Below are positions 27,037 through 40,240 of a DNA stretch of 64,000 nucleotides, piece after piece (position 1 is the stretch's first letter; each line of letters begins with the position of its first letter). Made by a program: the position numbers and the translations under genes. The notes under the pieces are model-generated. The model saw only the letters and a list, made by a program, of their open reading frames with translations. It was not told where the DNA came from and ran no database searches. The stretch covers positions 55,738,001-55,802,000 of the forward strand of contig OX597815.1 in the NCBI GenBank assembly GCA_951406725.2. The letters are read 5' to 3'. This DNA is from Octopus vulgaris (Eukaryota).

Positions 27037-27639
27037 GTGTGTGTGTGAAAGCGAAAAAAAAGAGAGTGTATGAATTTCAAAATATATGTGAGTGTCTGTG
27101 TGTGAGCATGTGTGTACGTGTTGTATTGCATGGTAATTAATATATAAACAATATTCTCAGATTGCAAATTTAGTAGTGAAATGATCAAACAATTCATTAT
27201 TAAATTTGAGGTAGGAAAATTGGGCCTTTGAAAGTTAAATGCTCTGGCCTCAAGCAAAAAGAAGTTTCAGCTCTATAATACGAACCATCTGCTTCTTGGT
27301 TGGACATTTAGCACATTTTTAACGAGGACATATTTTCATATATGCGCATATACTATATTAAGTATTTAATCCTACACTTAGTTCTATGTCATTCGTGTAG
27401 TATGCATTTCTGGAAAATTTTTTATGTTATTTTAAATTGTCTAATTATATTCTTTACAAATCGTTCTGTAATCTGGTAGTTATAGTTTAGACTATGTTAT
27501 CCTGAAAATGTCTAATACGAATGAAATATCGCCAAAGTTGTAACAATAGCTACCAAATATCAGACGCACTCCTTTCCCGCATATTTCCATTAACACAGGT
27601 AAATTTTCTTCTCGGTACGGGTATTTTTCTTTTTTTTCT

Positions 27640-28031
27640 TTCTTTTACTTGTTTCAGTCATTTGACTGCGGCCATGCTGGAGCACCGCCTTTAGTCGAGC
27701 AACTCGACCCCGGGACTTATTCTTTGTAAGCTCAGTACTTATTCTATCGGTCTCTTTTTGCCAAACCGCTCAGTGACGGGGACGTAAACACACCAGCATC
27801 GGTTGTCAAGCAATGCTAGGGGGACAAACACAGACACACAAACACATACACACATATATACATATATACGACAGGCTTCTTTCAGTTTCCGTCTACCGTG
27901 TCCACTCACAAGGCATTGGTCGGCCCGGGGCTATAGCAGAAGACACTTGCCCAAGATGCCACGCAGTGGGACTGAACCCGGAACCATATGGCTGGTTAGC
28001 AACCTACTTACCACACAGCCACTCCTGCGCC
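27640..28031 (-). mobile_element. SINE family A, full length
   Basis: Near-identical to 7563-7953. Confidence 0.9.
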
Positions 28032-28845
28032 TAATTTCAATTGATTTTAAAATTTCTTTTTGGCTTTAAGATATTAGCCCTTACTTAGCTATACTGATAT
28101 AAACCATTGTTTCACAGGGCTGGTGAAATTAAATTGGTTGCAGACGTTCAGTTGCCCTCATCAGGGAACAGAAATATTGTGAAGTAAGAAAAAAATTACG
28201 AAAAAGTTTTAAAGAGTGAACAGAACTTGTATCACTGTCATAGTTAGCACCATATATGAATAGTAGAGTTTCCATCCTTCACTCATATCTACAGTACCAG
28301 AGTCACGAAACTTTGTAGAGGAAACCCGGACTATATATGGTTAAAACATCTGAAGAGAGAATCATAGGATAGATTTTACGAGTGAGGCCAATTGGCATGA
28401 GACCTTGGAGAAGTCTACGAATGAGATGATCGGATAGCATTCCGAGCCCAGTTCGGTCATGTTTGGAGATCCAGCTGGGACATTTATTAAGGTTACTTCT
28501 AACATGCCCCTCAACAGGACGTTTCTAAGGACTCTGCCCGCATGACCCTCACAGAAAAAGTAAGGATATGAAGAGAAAGATGAACCAAAATTTAAATAGA
28601 GAAATAAGAGATTGTTGATAAGACACTTTGATGCAACATCTTCCGATAAATGCTGATAACGAAATTTCATCATCAGCTGGCATGATAAATCATTCATAGA
28701 GAAGAAAATTATAGGTGCTTAATAGAAATACCCAAATTTTCATAATCACAAACTTTATAAGTATACAATTACCTCACTTATACTTTCAACCAACAGCCAT
28801 TTAGCTAGAGCATCTATCAGGTGCATCATATGCACTTACCCATTA

Positions 28846-31235
28846 AACTGGAGAATAATTCTAAACATAATTCCCGCTGATTTCCATTTTTCACTTGATT
28901 TAGACTAAAACTGGCATGCTGATTTCAAAACTACAGACAGTTTTCAATACGTCAAGTTTTCTTTTTCCCCAATTTATTCTCTGAATAAGCACAAATGTAC
29001 TGAACGTCTGGAAGTAATGAGATTTGTCATCTGATTGCTTTTATTATTTTTTTTTTATAGAGAGTGTGAATTTTCATATCAGGTGACTTTAGGTTGAGTT
29101 TTCAAATCTCCCTCCAAAAAATAAAGTCAAATTCCTCAGCTGGTCTTCAATCGTCAAGAGTAAAGTTTCTGTTTCAAGATGGAGACTGGAATTTGATTTG
29201 GCGCTAAGCTACTTGAAATTACACGAATGTGATCTAGATATGATAGTAACAAGTACTGTTGTGCAGACGATTTGAAGCTAAAAGACCGAAGAACAGATTA
29301 GTGCAGTGGAGGAGAGATGGCAAGGATTTGAAGTGAGTGAACTGGTGGTCTGAAGTGTGCAGGGATTCTATTCTAAGGTCGGAGGACTAAGTTTCTACCC
29401 AGTTCTTCTTTCTTATTGAGTATTTGTGTGAATGTATATGTACCTATGGTGTATTTGTATGAATGTATATGTATGTATATTCATTTTTGAATGCATATCT
29501 ACACATATTTATGCAGAAAACATATATCTATCTGGGATAGTGGCTACAAATCCCTGCAGCCGCCTTATATAGGTGATTACTATCGTATTCTGCAAATAAT
29601 ACATAAAACTCTGTATGCAAGGAGTTAGCAGATATTTTGTAAGCATTTAGTTTTCTTTTTATAAGTTTGTGAATACACAACTTATTTTTTTATTCCATAC
29701 TTATTTCCTTTCTTTCAGATCATATCTCCTTTTGTTACTTCTTGTCGTAAGTGCCTAAACAGCCCTGATACATTTTCCTATATCTGTAGAAGTTCATCAT
29801 TCCCAATTAAAGGTCAAACATCAGAGTATTTGTGAAGCCAAGCTATTTTGCATAATTTAAAGTAAAAGTTGTTGACAAAGACAAGTCTTGGTCCCCTCAC
29901 AAGGTGTGTAAGCAGTGTATGTAGAGTTTACGGATATGGACCAAAGAAGCAAGTGATGAGTTGGCATTTGATTTGGCGAGAACCAAAATATTGCACAGAC
30001 TGATACTTCAGGATATAACAAGAAAAACAAATGTAAAATCAAATATCCTAGTCTACCATCAGCTATACGTCCAGTGCCTCATTCAGCTAAAATTCCAGCG
30101 ACAGTTTTCGTTCAACTACTTTCTCTCGAAGATGCAGATCATGATGAAGAACTCAATGACAGCAAGGATACATATTTTGAAATTGATGATGATTCATCTC
30201 GTAAGGTATTCGATCAGCACGAGTTGAATGATAGGGCACGAGATCTGAGACGATCAAAAATAGGCTTTAGAACTCCTAGCATCAAACCTGAATGAGAAAA
30301 TCTTGGTTGAAAAAGGAGCGAAAGTAACCTATTTTCGATCCAGAGAAAGTTCTACCACAACGTACAGAATTTACTGGAGGATTGAGAATTCCGATCTACA
30401 ACTCAATTGAATAGCGACTGTTCATCGACAGCTCAAGAGGAGCTTAAAGTATAACCTCCTCCACAATGGCAATCTATATAATGCAATCCAAATTGGACAT
30501 TCAGTTTGTCATCATGAAGACTATATAAAGAGAATCGTTGATTAGTTACAATATCACAAAATCAATTAGATTACCTGTGTTGACCTTAAAATTGTGTGCT
30601 TCCTTCTTGGTCAATAACGCAGATACCTCAAGTATCCTTGCTTTCTGTGCATGTGGGTGGAGAGGAATTGGCCTCCAAAATCTGACTTCAAACCTGATGA
30701 TCCCAATATTCTACATGAGCCAATTGTTGACACGAAGAAAATCTTATTCCCACCTCTACACATGAAGGTCGTGGAAGAACAGTATTAGCGTAGATGGTAT
30801 GTAAATATGATGGCTGACTATTATTGGAATATAAAGTGAAATTGCGCAGAGATTGAACACTCCAGGAAAATCTTTCGCACAGATTGAACACTCCAGGAAA
30901 AGCTTTAAACGTAAATTTTTACCTTAACTACTTGCACACAATTCCCCTCACAAAAATAATATCCTTTTGTGAACGAAATAAATTTGTATAAACTTACAAA
31001 CAATATTTTATTATATTACATTGTGTATAAATTTTTAAAACATTCTAAAAAATAAGCACAAATTTGTTAGATGCGGTATTTTAATGTTTTTTTTTTTGAG
31101 ATAAAGTGAGGGTACCCTATAGCTCAAAAAGTTGGCGTGATACAGAAAAACCGGGGTCAGTTTTGGATTTAGAGGCCAAAACTTAGTCAAAAACAAGTGT
31201 CAGATCTAACTCAACAAAAATTGTGTTTCCCAATG
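28846..31235 (+). mobile_element. Chapaev3-like (CMC) DNA transposon, decayed and internally deleted
   Basis: KCLNSPDTFSYIC..YFA*FKVKVVDKDKSWSPHKVCKQC (29750-29918), FDQHELNDRARDL, LLHNGN, YPCFLCMW; degenerate CACTG-type ends (aactgg / ccaatg) with tta/tca flanks. Family assignment is from recalled motif similarity. Confidence 0.7.
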
Positions 31236-31544
31236 TCATTTAAACATAATAAGCGTGCACTTCATTTGAGAACAAATTAAGGACTATAGTGAAACATTGT
31301 GACCATTTTGAAGTGTAAATATATATAAAATATTATCAGTAAATATAAAACAATCAACCTGTAAACTTTCATTAACCAAAACCTACAGCTTTTTATTTTA
31401 CGATAAAATAAATAATGGAGAAACATATGACACACTCAGTAGTTAATTCATTAGAGCTATTCGTCTGTTATTAAAGAACAAAAGCACTCAGTTAAGCTGA
31501 CTATCTAAATAGTGAAGTGTTATTTTTTAATAATGTGTAGGACT

Positions 31545-33010
31545 GAGGATCCAGCTAAAGCTTCTACGTTTTTGTTCATAACTTTTTTTTATCATATTCA
31601 ATGCTCCAATTACTGCGGGTACTGTTTTCACCTTCATGCCCAAGATCTTGAACACTTCAATTTCGAGAGTTTTGCATTTTGACAATTTCTCCACTTCTTT
31701 TGGGTAACATTTTGGTCAGAAGGGACTACAATGTCTATCAGTAAACAGGGTTTTTTGGGTTCTTTTTGGGTTTTTTTTAACCAATCCTTTATTATGTCTA
31801 GGAGATTAATTTTGATTTCTTTGTCCGTTGTCAAGCAGTGGTGGTGGACAAGCACAAACACAAAGATACACGCACACACACACACACAAGCAAACGCCCG
31901 CACACTAACACACACACACACACGCGCGCATGCACGCGCGCGCAGACACAGACACAGATACACATATAAAACGAGCTTTTTTTCAGTTTCCGTCTACCAA
32001 CTCCACTCACGAGTCTATAGTAGAAGACACTTTCCTAAGGTGCCACGCAGAAGGACTGAACCCAGAACCATATGATAAAGAACCCAACTTCTTACCACAA
32101 AGCCATGCCTGTGCCTATAATTACTTATTCGGTTATGTCTGTATTCAAATTTGGCTAGGACTGGACAACAAGAGATGATTGATCAACTGTCTCGTTGTGC
32201 TGTTTGCATATTCTGTATTTGGTGTTAGGGTCTGTTTTCATTATTTTGTTTTTATACTTGTTTGTGATCCGGCATTGGTCTTGTGCAGCAAGAATCAGTC
32301 CTTCTGGTCTGATTTTAGTCCAGAACTTTTGAGCCATTTTTGGTTTTTACTTAGGCTCCCAGGATACTGGCCATGGTGTGATTTCCCTCTCCATTTCTTC
32401 TTTAGTATGTTTTGTAGTTTTGTTTTCATGTTTTTTTTTGTCTCTTTTCTGCTGTGTTTTCATCTAAGATGAATGTTTCAGTGTAGTTTGTTTCTGTCTT
32501 GTATTTTCGACTTATATAAAGAAGTGTTTTGTTTTTTCGTGTTGCATTATTGCATGTAGTAGTCGTCCATTTTTTGTTTTTAAGTATTTTTCTAGTCTAG
32601 CTGTTATTTTATAGTAATTCTCTATCTGTGTCATGCCGCGACCTCCTTGTGATCGGGTCAATATATTCTGCCTGTATCTGCTTTGTGGTGATGATGTCAG
32701 TATGCTGTTAATAGCTTCCTGGTTTTTCTAAGTTTCTCGATTCACTAATTTCCCAGTTTATTATATTGAAGCTATGATTTGTGACTGGTATAACTTGTAT
32801 GTTTATCCCTATATCTTATTTTTAGCATTGACTTCAATGTTTAATATTAGTCTAATTCTTCTGTAATATTCTCTGTTAATTTTTTCTTTCATTACTGTGT
32901 ATTGTATCTTACCTATTTCGTCTATTCCTAAATTTGTAGGGGCGATTGTGACTTAATTCTCTGATTTCTGTCTATGTCGAGATGATTTATAATTTGTTCA
33001 AAGCATCTGT
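31545..33010 (-). mobile_element. R4/Dong-type LINE 3' part (RT C-terminus, CCHC knuckle, restriction-like endonuclease)
   Basis: HHKADTGRIY*PRSQGGRG near 32640-32690, EGLILAAQDQ..RICKQHNETVD (ORF 32155-32337), LDIIKD..CLLIDIVVPSDQNV (ORF 31634-31963). Confidence 0.8.
31826..32115 (-). mobile_element. SINE family A, partial, inserted in the R4/Dong LINE
   Basis: cagtttccgtctaccaa..gaagacactttcctaaggtgccacgcag..cttaccaca. Confidence 0.8.
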
Positions 33011-33125
33011 AACCCATGGTGTTTTCATTTAACAAGTTTGTTAGTGGAATCAGAACAAGGAAGAAAAGGGGGTGGGGACAAAGAGTCTCCTTTGAAAATT
33101 CCTCTTCTTAATAAGTCAGGATTTT

Positions 33126-33138
33126 TCTTCTTCTTCTT

Positions 33139-33234
<96 letters not shown>

Positions 33235-33277
33235 GTTATTATTATTATTATTATTGTTATTATTATTATTATTATTA

Positions 33278-33340
<63 letters not shown>
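33126..33340. repeat. (TTC)n(TTA)n microsatellite
   Basis: Read directly. Confidence 0.95.
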
Positions 33341-34315
33341 GACAGTACGAAGAGTGCAATGTGATTGCAATAGATATTTTATTGGTTTGGACGATATTTC
33401 GACAGCTTGCCTGTCTTTGTCGAGTTCGAAATGAAAAGTGATACATAAAAATTCAAAATTATAGAAATTTAAATTCAGAAGTTTGAACGAGGGAAACCAG
33501 CATTCCCACGTTGATGGAATGACATCATCAGTTTTCGATTTTCAATTTTACAACTGGTAGAAAGAAAAATAAAGAAAAAAGAGAAAAAGGAAAAAAGAAT
33601 ATTTAATCAAACAATTTTGTGTAAATATGATGAAATTCCCATGTCAGTTTGTTCATTCCTTCAGGGCGTGATGTTAATAGCTCGCAAACTTATTTCTCCT
33701 CAATGCATTTTCAGGACTGAAAGAGTAAGATTCAGAATATTTTCTGAGAATATGCACTTTCAAGTTCTTTTCAAAATTGTAGTCGTTTGATGTAAAATGT
33801 TCGGCAAGTTCTGTCGAACTACTGTCATTTTGCCTGACGTCATATTTGTGCCCATTGAATCTTTTGTTTAGTTGTTCTGTTGTACAACCAGCATAAATCA
33901 AATTGTGTTTGGTGCATTCCCACCTTCCGCATAAATCATAAAATTTCTGTTATGATTCCTGGTGGAAATGACTTAACTCATGTTGTTGCACAATGAACAG
34001 GGCTTACCTCTCTAGCAGCTGTTTTTCAAGGTACAGCGCACAGAAACTCCAATATTAGTTTTCTTGGAATCAGAAGTAGAGGTTAATAGTTCTCTTATAT
34101 TTTTATTCCGTCTAAAGTGGCTGAGGGAATATTTGTTTGAAACGAAGATATTTTTCTGCAACATGCTGGTAACTTTCATGTAACATTTGAAATGCCAGGG
34201 AGTAGAAAGCCATCCAGCCACTCCGAAATTTTGGCTGTACAACATTCATATCCGCTGAAAACTTGGTGGATTGGAAGAAATCTTTAGAACATTTTGCGTA
34301 TTTTGTGTCTAAAAT
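33341..34315 (-). mobile_element. Penelope-like element 3' part: linker, GIY-YIG endonuclease, 3' UTR
   Basis: FRRNKNIRELL..C..C linker (ORF 34012-34245); IYAGCTTEQLNKRFNGHKYDV..ELAEHF..LKVHIL (ORF 33674-33901); hammerhead-like motif and AATAAA near the end. Confidence 0.85.
33386..33430 (-). ncRNA. Minimal type I hammerhead-like motif, variant core
   Basis: Minus strand ttcgaac-TCGACAA-a-gacag-gcaag-ctgtc-GAAA-ta-TC-gtccaaa; perfect 5-bp stem II, stem I 5/7; AATAAA immediately downstream. Confidence 0.55.
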
Positions 34316-34354
34316 CAGTTTTCGACATTGCTTCGGTGGTTAGAAAAGTTCTTA

Positions 34355-35522
34355 ATTTTAGACACAAAATACACAAAAAGTTGGAAAGATTTCTTCCAAT
34401 GCGCCGAATTTTCAGCGGATACGAATGTTGTACAGCCAAAATTTCGGAGTTGCTGCATGGCCTTCTACTCACTGTCGCAAAGATCAAGTTCCCATATTCA
34501 AGATACTTTTGATTTTGTGTCTAAAATCAACAACTTTTCTAAGCACCGAAACAATGTCGGAAACTGTTTTTTGGTAACAATGGATGTTTCTTCCTTATAT
34601 CTCAATATTGACCACGATGAAGGGGTAGAAGCGTGCATGAATGCCTTCGAAAAACGATCAAACAAAAGTATTCCATCTAATTTTCTCTGTAGGCTATTGA
34701 GGTTTGTGTTACAAAGTAACAACGATGTTTGGACAAAATTTTTACCACCAGACGGGGACATGAGTACTTCCATCGCATGAGTACTTCCATCGCAGTTAAT
34801 TTCGCTAATATCTTCATGATGAAATTCGAGATACTGTTACTGAAGACATTCAAATCCCTACATGGTCATGAACCAATATTCTGGTTACAGTTCATTGATG
34901 AAGTCTTTTTTGCCTGGGACAGATCTCAGGATAGTTTAATTGATTTCTTGCATTTCTGTAACTTATACTAAAAACTATGGCTTTAAGCTCAACATAAAAT
35001 TTACGTCGAGTTTTTAAAAAACTAACGCTGAATCTTAGGACACAAAAGTTAAGTTTTCTTGAGGCAAAAAATAGTGACGTCATCCTACATTTACCTCCAT
35101 CGCCGCTCCGATCATCCACATTATATAATTCGGTCAAATTCGAAATCCTAATTTTTGAGGATAAAACGAATTTGTACTGATATAGGGGTTACTGGAAACA
35201 TGTAGATGCTTTTGTACACCATTATGTCAAACGCGGTTTCAATGAATCGCGATGGCTAAGATTAACAAGGAAAGTCAAACTTTCACACATAATTTTAGCA
35301 AACAAAGTAAAATATGTGATAGAATTCCTTTAGTGATTAACTGGCACAGAAATTTCGCTGGCATTTCAAAGGTGTTACATGAAAGTTACCAGCATGCTGC
35401 GGAAAAATATCCTCATTTTAAACAAATATTCCCTCTGCCACCTATGTAGACTTTAAACGGAATAAAAGTATGAGAACTATTAATCTCTACTTCTAATTCC
35501 AAGAAAACTAACGTTGGTGTTC
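34355..35522 (+). mobile_element. Penelope-like reverse transcriptase pseudogene
   Basis: IQDTFDFVSKI, FLVTMDVSSLYLNIDHDEG, MSTSIAVNFANIFM, FWLQFIDEVFFAW, IPLVINWH..IFPLPP. Confidence 0.9.
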
Positions 35523-35794
35523 AGGGAAATCTTGGACAGTGGGGTTCATCGATTATCCCATGAGTTCATACTGTATCAGGAGGACTACATCTCTAAAAAC
35601 CATTCCAATAATTTTCTTAAACTTTGTACATTATGCACATTCCTCTTCCTTTGTATACTGTATATACTTACTCCTTAAAAGATTTTTTTAAAAAATTTTT
35701 TCTTATCATTTCATTACATGTAAACCCCCACACTTTATGTCTGTTTTTTATCGTCTCCCTCATTCTTCCTCCTGGTGGCATATAAATGAAATCA

Positions 35795-36082
35795 TTATTG
35801 AGTGAGAGAGCAGTGCATGTCATCAAAGTGACACTGGGGTAAAATATACGAAACTCATCCCGCTCAAAAGGTCCCTGAATAAAGGTTGTTTAATTATGTC
35901 GAACGAGACAACCACGTTTCCAGAGGTGAATTATCCAAACCCCAAAGAATTCCTCTCAACACATGGCTACGATGCTCCCCCACTACTTCTGCTCATGATC
36001 AGAGATGCACATATCGCCAGCCACTAAGGGACATACTCAACTGGTTACGGTCAAACAACTGACAAGCAAATCTGTGGTATTT
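35795..36082. repeat. Unclassified interspersed repeat fragment
   Basis: GC-richer block (catcaaagtgacactgggg..gctcccccactacttctgctc..atctgtggtatt) recalled as a common octopus repeat; single copy in this window. Confidence 0.35.
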
Positions 36083-36089
36083 TGCCCGT

Positions 36090-36665
36090 CGGCGAGCTGG
36101 CAGAAGCGTTAGCACGCCGGGCGAAATGCGTAGCCGTATTTCGTCTGTCGTTACGTTCTGAGTTCAAATTCCGCCGAGGTCGACTTTGCCTTTCATCCTT
36201 TCGAGGTCGATAAATTAAGTACCAGTTACGCACTAGGGTCGATGTAATCGACTTAATCCGTTTGTCTGTCCTTGTTTGTCCTCTCTGTGTTTAGCCCCTT
36301 GTGGGTAGTAAAGAAATAGGTATTTTGTCCGTCGCTACGTTCTGAGTACAAATTCCGCTGAGGTCGACTTTGCCTTTCACCCTTTCGGGGTCGATAAATT
36401 AAGTACCAGTGAAACACTGGGTCAATGTAATCGACTAGTTTCCTCCCTTAAAATTTCTGACCTTGTGCCAATAGTAGAAAGGATTATTATTATTATTAAA
36501 GCGCCGGGCAAAATGCTTAGCGATATTTCGCCCGTCTTTACATTCTGAGTTCAAATTATGCTGAGGGGGTCGATGAATTAAGTACCAGGGAAACACTGGG
36601 GTCAATGTAATCGACTAGTCCCCGGTCCCAAATTTTAAGCCTTGTGCCTTTCGAAGAAAGAATTA
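36090..36665 (+). mobile_element. Three consecutive SINE family B copies
   Basis: ttctgagttcaaattccgc..ggtcgataaattaagtaccag..gtaatcgact repeated at ~36090-36320, 36320-36485 and 36500-36665. Confidence 0.9.
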
Positions 36666-36899
36666 TTCACAGAGGGTTTTTTTTTCCTATTGAAATTTTA
36701 ACATAAACAAATGTTGAAAATTTACATGCCCAGAAGCTGCAGCATATTTTAATTGTATAAAAACTGAATTAGGAAAATCAACATTCACATTATTGAGAAA
36801 GATTGTCTTTCACAATTTTAAATTGTTCAAAAAAATAATAATAGTAATAATAATAATAATAATTAAACCATGCTCATTTGATTTTCTAAACCAAAAAAG

Positions 36900-39800
36900 G
36901 TCGGGAAACATCTCAACCAGAGATTAGACGCGACGAAATCTGTGGAGAACTTCATAAAAAGTCGCGTATTCTTCATATTTGACTCTAACTCCAAACAAAG
37001 ATTCTTAGTTGATATAGGAGCAGCTTGTTCCATTTAGCCTGTTAAACTTTTAAAAGAGAAACCTAAGCCTGCTTATTTGACTCTACAAGCAGTTAATCAG
37101 TCTGATATCCAAACATTTGGAGAAATTACTTTAACTCTAGATTTACTTTTAAGAAGAGAATATAACTGGAATTTCATTGTAGCAGATTTGCCTTATCCTA
37201 TGTTGGGGGTAGATTTCCTTTCACATTACAATTTACTGGTAGATGTAAAGAAACAAAAATTAATAGACAGGTATGAAGACGCATGGCTCAGTGGTTAGAG
37301 CGTCGAGCTTACGATCATGAGGTTGTGAGTTCGAATCCCGGACCGGGCTGCGTGTTGTGTTTTTGAGCAAGACACTTTATTTCACGTTGCTCCAGTTCAC
37401 TCAGCTGTAGAAATGAGTTGCGACGTCACAGGTGCCAAGCTGTATCGACCTTTGACAATTAGTCCATTATATTTTATGGCGTCCTCCGAAAATCACAGGA
37501 TTTTGAAGGATTACCCTGAAATTACAAAGCCATTAGCTCCAAACACCAAATGTGTTCATTCAGTCACTCATCACATTGTAACTCATGGACCACCAAGTTT
37601 TACCAAACCTCGTAGACTATCTCCAGAGAAATTAAAGATTGCTGAGGCCGAATTTCGTTACATGTTAGACATCGGATTAATTCGTCCTCCTAGCAGTAAC
37701 TGGTCTACACCTTTAGTTTTGGTAAAAAAAAAAAAAATCTCACAGATAGGCGTCCACGAGAAGATTTTAGATAGCTTAATGCAAAAACACAAGAGGACAA
37801 ATATCCAATTCCTCATATCCATGATTTTGCAGCTTCGTTGAGTGGTTGTAATATATTTTCCAAGATAGATTTAGTTAGAGCATACAATCAAATTCTTATT
37901 GAAGAGAATGATATACCAAAAACAGTAATTACAACTCCATTTGGGTTGTATGATTTCCTTCGTATGCCTTTCGGATTGATGAACGCAGCAAATACTTTCC
38001 AGAGATTCATCAACGAAGTAACAAGAGATTTACCTTTTCGGCAGAGAATTGTTGATAGTTTACTTGTCAACTAAGTACTTCAGACATCTTCTTGAAGGTA
38101 GGTCATTCACATTATATAGACGATATTCTCATTGCTCAGAAGTTCATGAAAATCACTTAAAACAAATTTTCGAAAGACTGACTAAATATGGTATAGTGAT
38201 AAATCCATCAAAGTGTGTTTTCGGTGGACACACTATATCTTTTTTAGGTCATCACATTGATAAAGATGGAATTCACCCACTGCTAGACAAAGTTGAAGCT
38301 ATTAACACATTTCCAGAAAGCTTCGAGAATTTTTAAGAATCATTAAATTTTACAGACGTTTCATTCCACATTGCAGAGAAAGTTTATTTCCTATAACTTA
38401 GTTATTAAAGAATAAGAAAAAGAAAAATTAAGCTATAACTTTAAAAGATGGAGAATTACAAGCTTTTCATTGTATAAAATGAGAAGCAACACTCTTAAAC
38501 CATCCGGTTCCTGAGGCAAAATTATCGTTGGTAGTTGATGCTTCCGATGTTGGAATCGGTGGAGTTTTACAACAGTTTAATTGTAGTTCTTGGCAACTAT
38601 TATTAGTCTTTTCAAAAAACATTTAAGGCACCAGAAACGAAATACAATGTTTTCGGCAGAGAATTGTTGATAGTTTACTTGTCAACTAAGTACTTCAGAC
38701 ATCTTCTTGAAGGTAGGTCATTCACATTATTTACTGACTATAAACCATTGACACATGCACTAAAAAATTCTTCTGAAAAATATTCTCCCAGAGAAATTAG
38801 AAACCTTGATTATATTTCACAGTATACTGTGGATATACGGTGTATCAAGAGTATTGAAAATTCTACAGCTGATGCACTGTCTCGAATGAATATTGATGCA
38901 TTGCGTTCATTAAGTGCTATCAATTTAGAAGAAGTGTCTAAAGATCAAACTACTGATAAAGAATTTTCTTTATATAAAGATTGCAGTTCTACTTCTTTGA
39001 AATTTCAATTATTGCCGATTCATTCTTATAAATCACATATTTGGTGTGATATTTCTACAGGATTTTCTTGACCATTTGTGCCTGAAAAGCATAGAAAATT
39101 TGTTTTTTCTACTTGGCATAATTTATCTCATCCTGGCATTGGAGCTTCTTTAAAATTAATATCGAGTCGATTTGTTTGGCCTGGTATGAATAAGGATATT
39201 CGTTCTTGGGTTCAATCGTGTATGCAGTGCCAAAGAGCAAAAGTAAATCATCACATTAAAGCACCATTAGGTACTTTTTCAAATTCTGATGCCAGATTCC
39301 AACACATTTATATTGACATGGTTGGACCATTGCCTCCTGTGGAAGGTAATAGTTTTTTTATCAACATGTATAGATCATTTTTCACTACGGCCAGAAGCTT
39401 ATCCAGTCAAAGACATATCTACGGTAACTATAGCAAAAACCTTATTTACCAATTGGATATCCAGATTCGGCATACCCAACTCATTGACGACAGATCGTAG
39501 AAGACATTTTGAGTCTACACGTTTTGCAGAATTTAACAAGTTGTTGGGAATTCATAGAATTCGTACTACTTCCTATCATCCACAATCTAACGGCATGATA
39601 GGAAGGTTTCATAGGCAGTTGAAATCTTCATTAAGAACTTATTCTGATTCTAACAGTTGGTTAGAAGCTTTACCAGTGACATTGCTAGGAATCAGGAATG
39701 CTGTTAAAAAAGTTTGCAATATTCTCCTGCTGAACTTCTGTACGGAACAACATTAACTCTATCTGGTCAAATGTTTGAAGAAACCAATTCTTTTAATGGA

Positions 39801-40240
39801 GATATTAGCAATTATGTAACCCGACTCAAAAGATTTCTTTCTGATATTCCTTCTTTTACAAATAAATTACAAAATATCAAAAGTTTCGTCCTTTTCGATA
39901 TTAATTCTTGGACTCATGTATTTGTACGTAATGATGCCAGTCATTATTCACTGAATTATAAATACACTGGACCTTTTAAAGTTTTGTCAATTAAAGATAT
40001 GCATGGTAAAAAGGAAATTGTCAGTTTAGACAGAAATAAAAAAAAAGTTTATTTCGACCATGTCATGTCATGAAAATAAAAATTTGAGCAACACATTTCA
40101 AAATAACTCGAAACAGAACAATTCACAAAACAGCGAACTTAAGGTTGAGGAAAAGATCCACAAGTCAATTTTAAAATCGCCTACTAGCGTAAAGAAAACT
40201 AGAAGTGGTAGCATTGTACATTTTGCCAAAAGACTTTCTC
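36900..40240 (+). mobile_element. Ty3/Gypsy LTR retrotransposon pol pseudogene (PR-RT-RH-IN)
   Basis: FLVDIGAACS (37002), LGVDFL; [38 protein letters not shown]; LVVDASDVGIGGVLQQ, FTDYKPL, ADALSR; HNLSHPG..CMQC, IDMVGPL, YHPQSNGM; YTGPFKV. Many frameshifts; gag and 5' LTR not seen. Confidence 0.95.
37278..37450 (+). mobile_element. tRNA-derived SINE family C inserted between Gypsy PR and RT
   Basis: A box tggctcagtggttagagc, B box gagttcgaatccc, then CORE-like tgagcaagacacttta. Confidence 0.85.

Noticed and set aside
33038-33446. Poly-F/poly-L and poly-I/poly-R ORFs
   Set aside because: Read-through of (TTC)n(TTA)n.
37278-37350. tRNA-like sequence with A and B boxes
   Set aside because: It continues into a SINE body, the acceptor stem does not close, and it sits inside a Gypsy pol.
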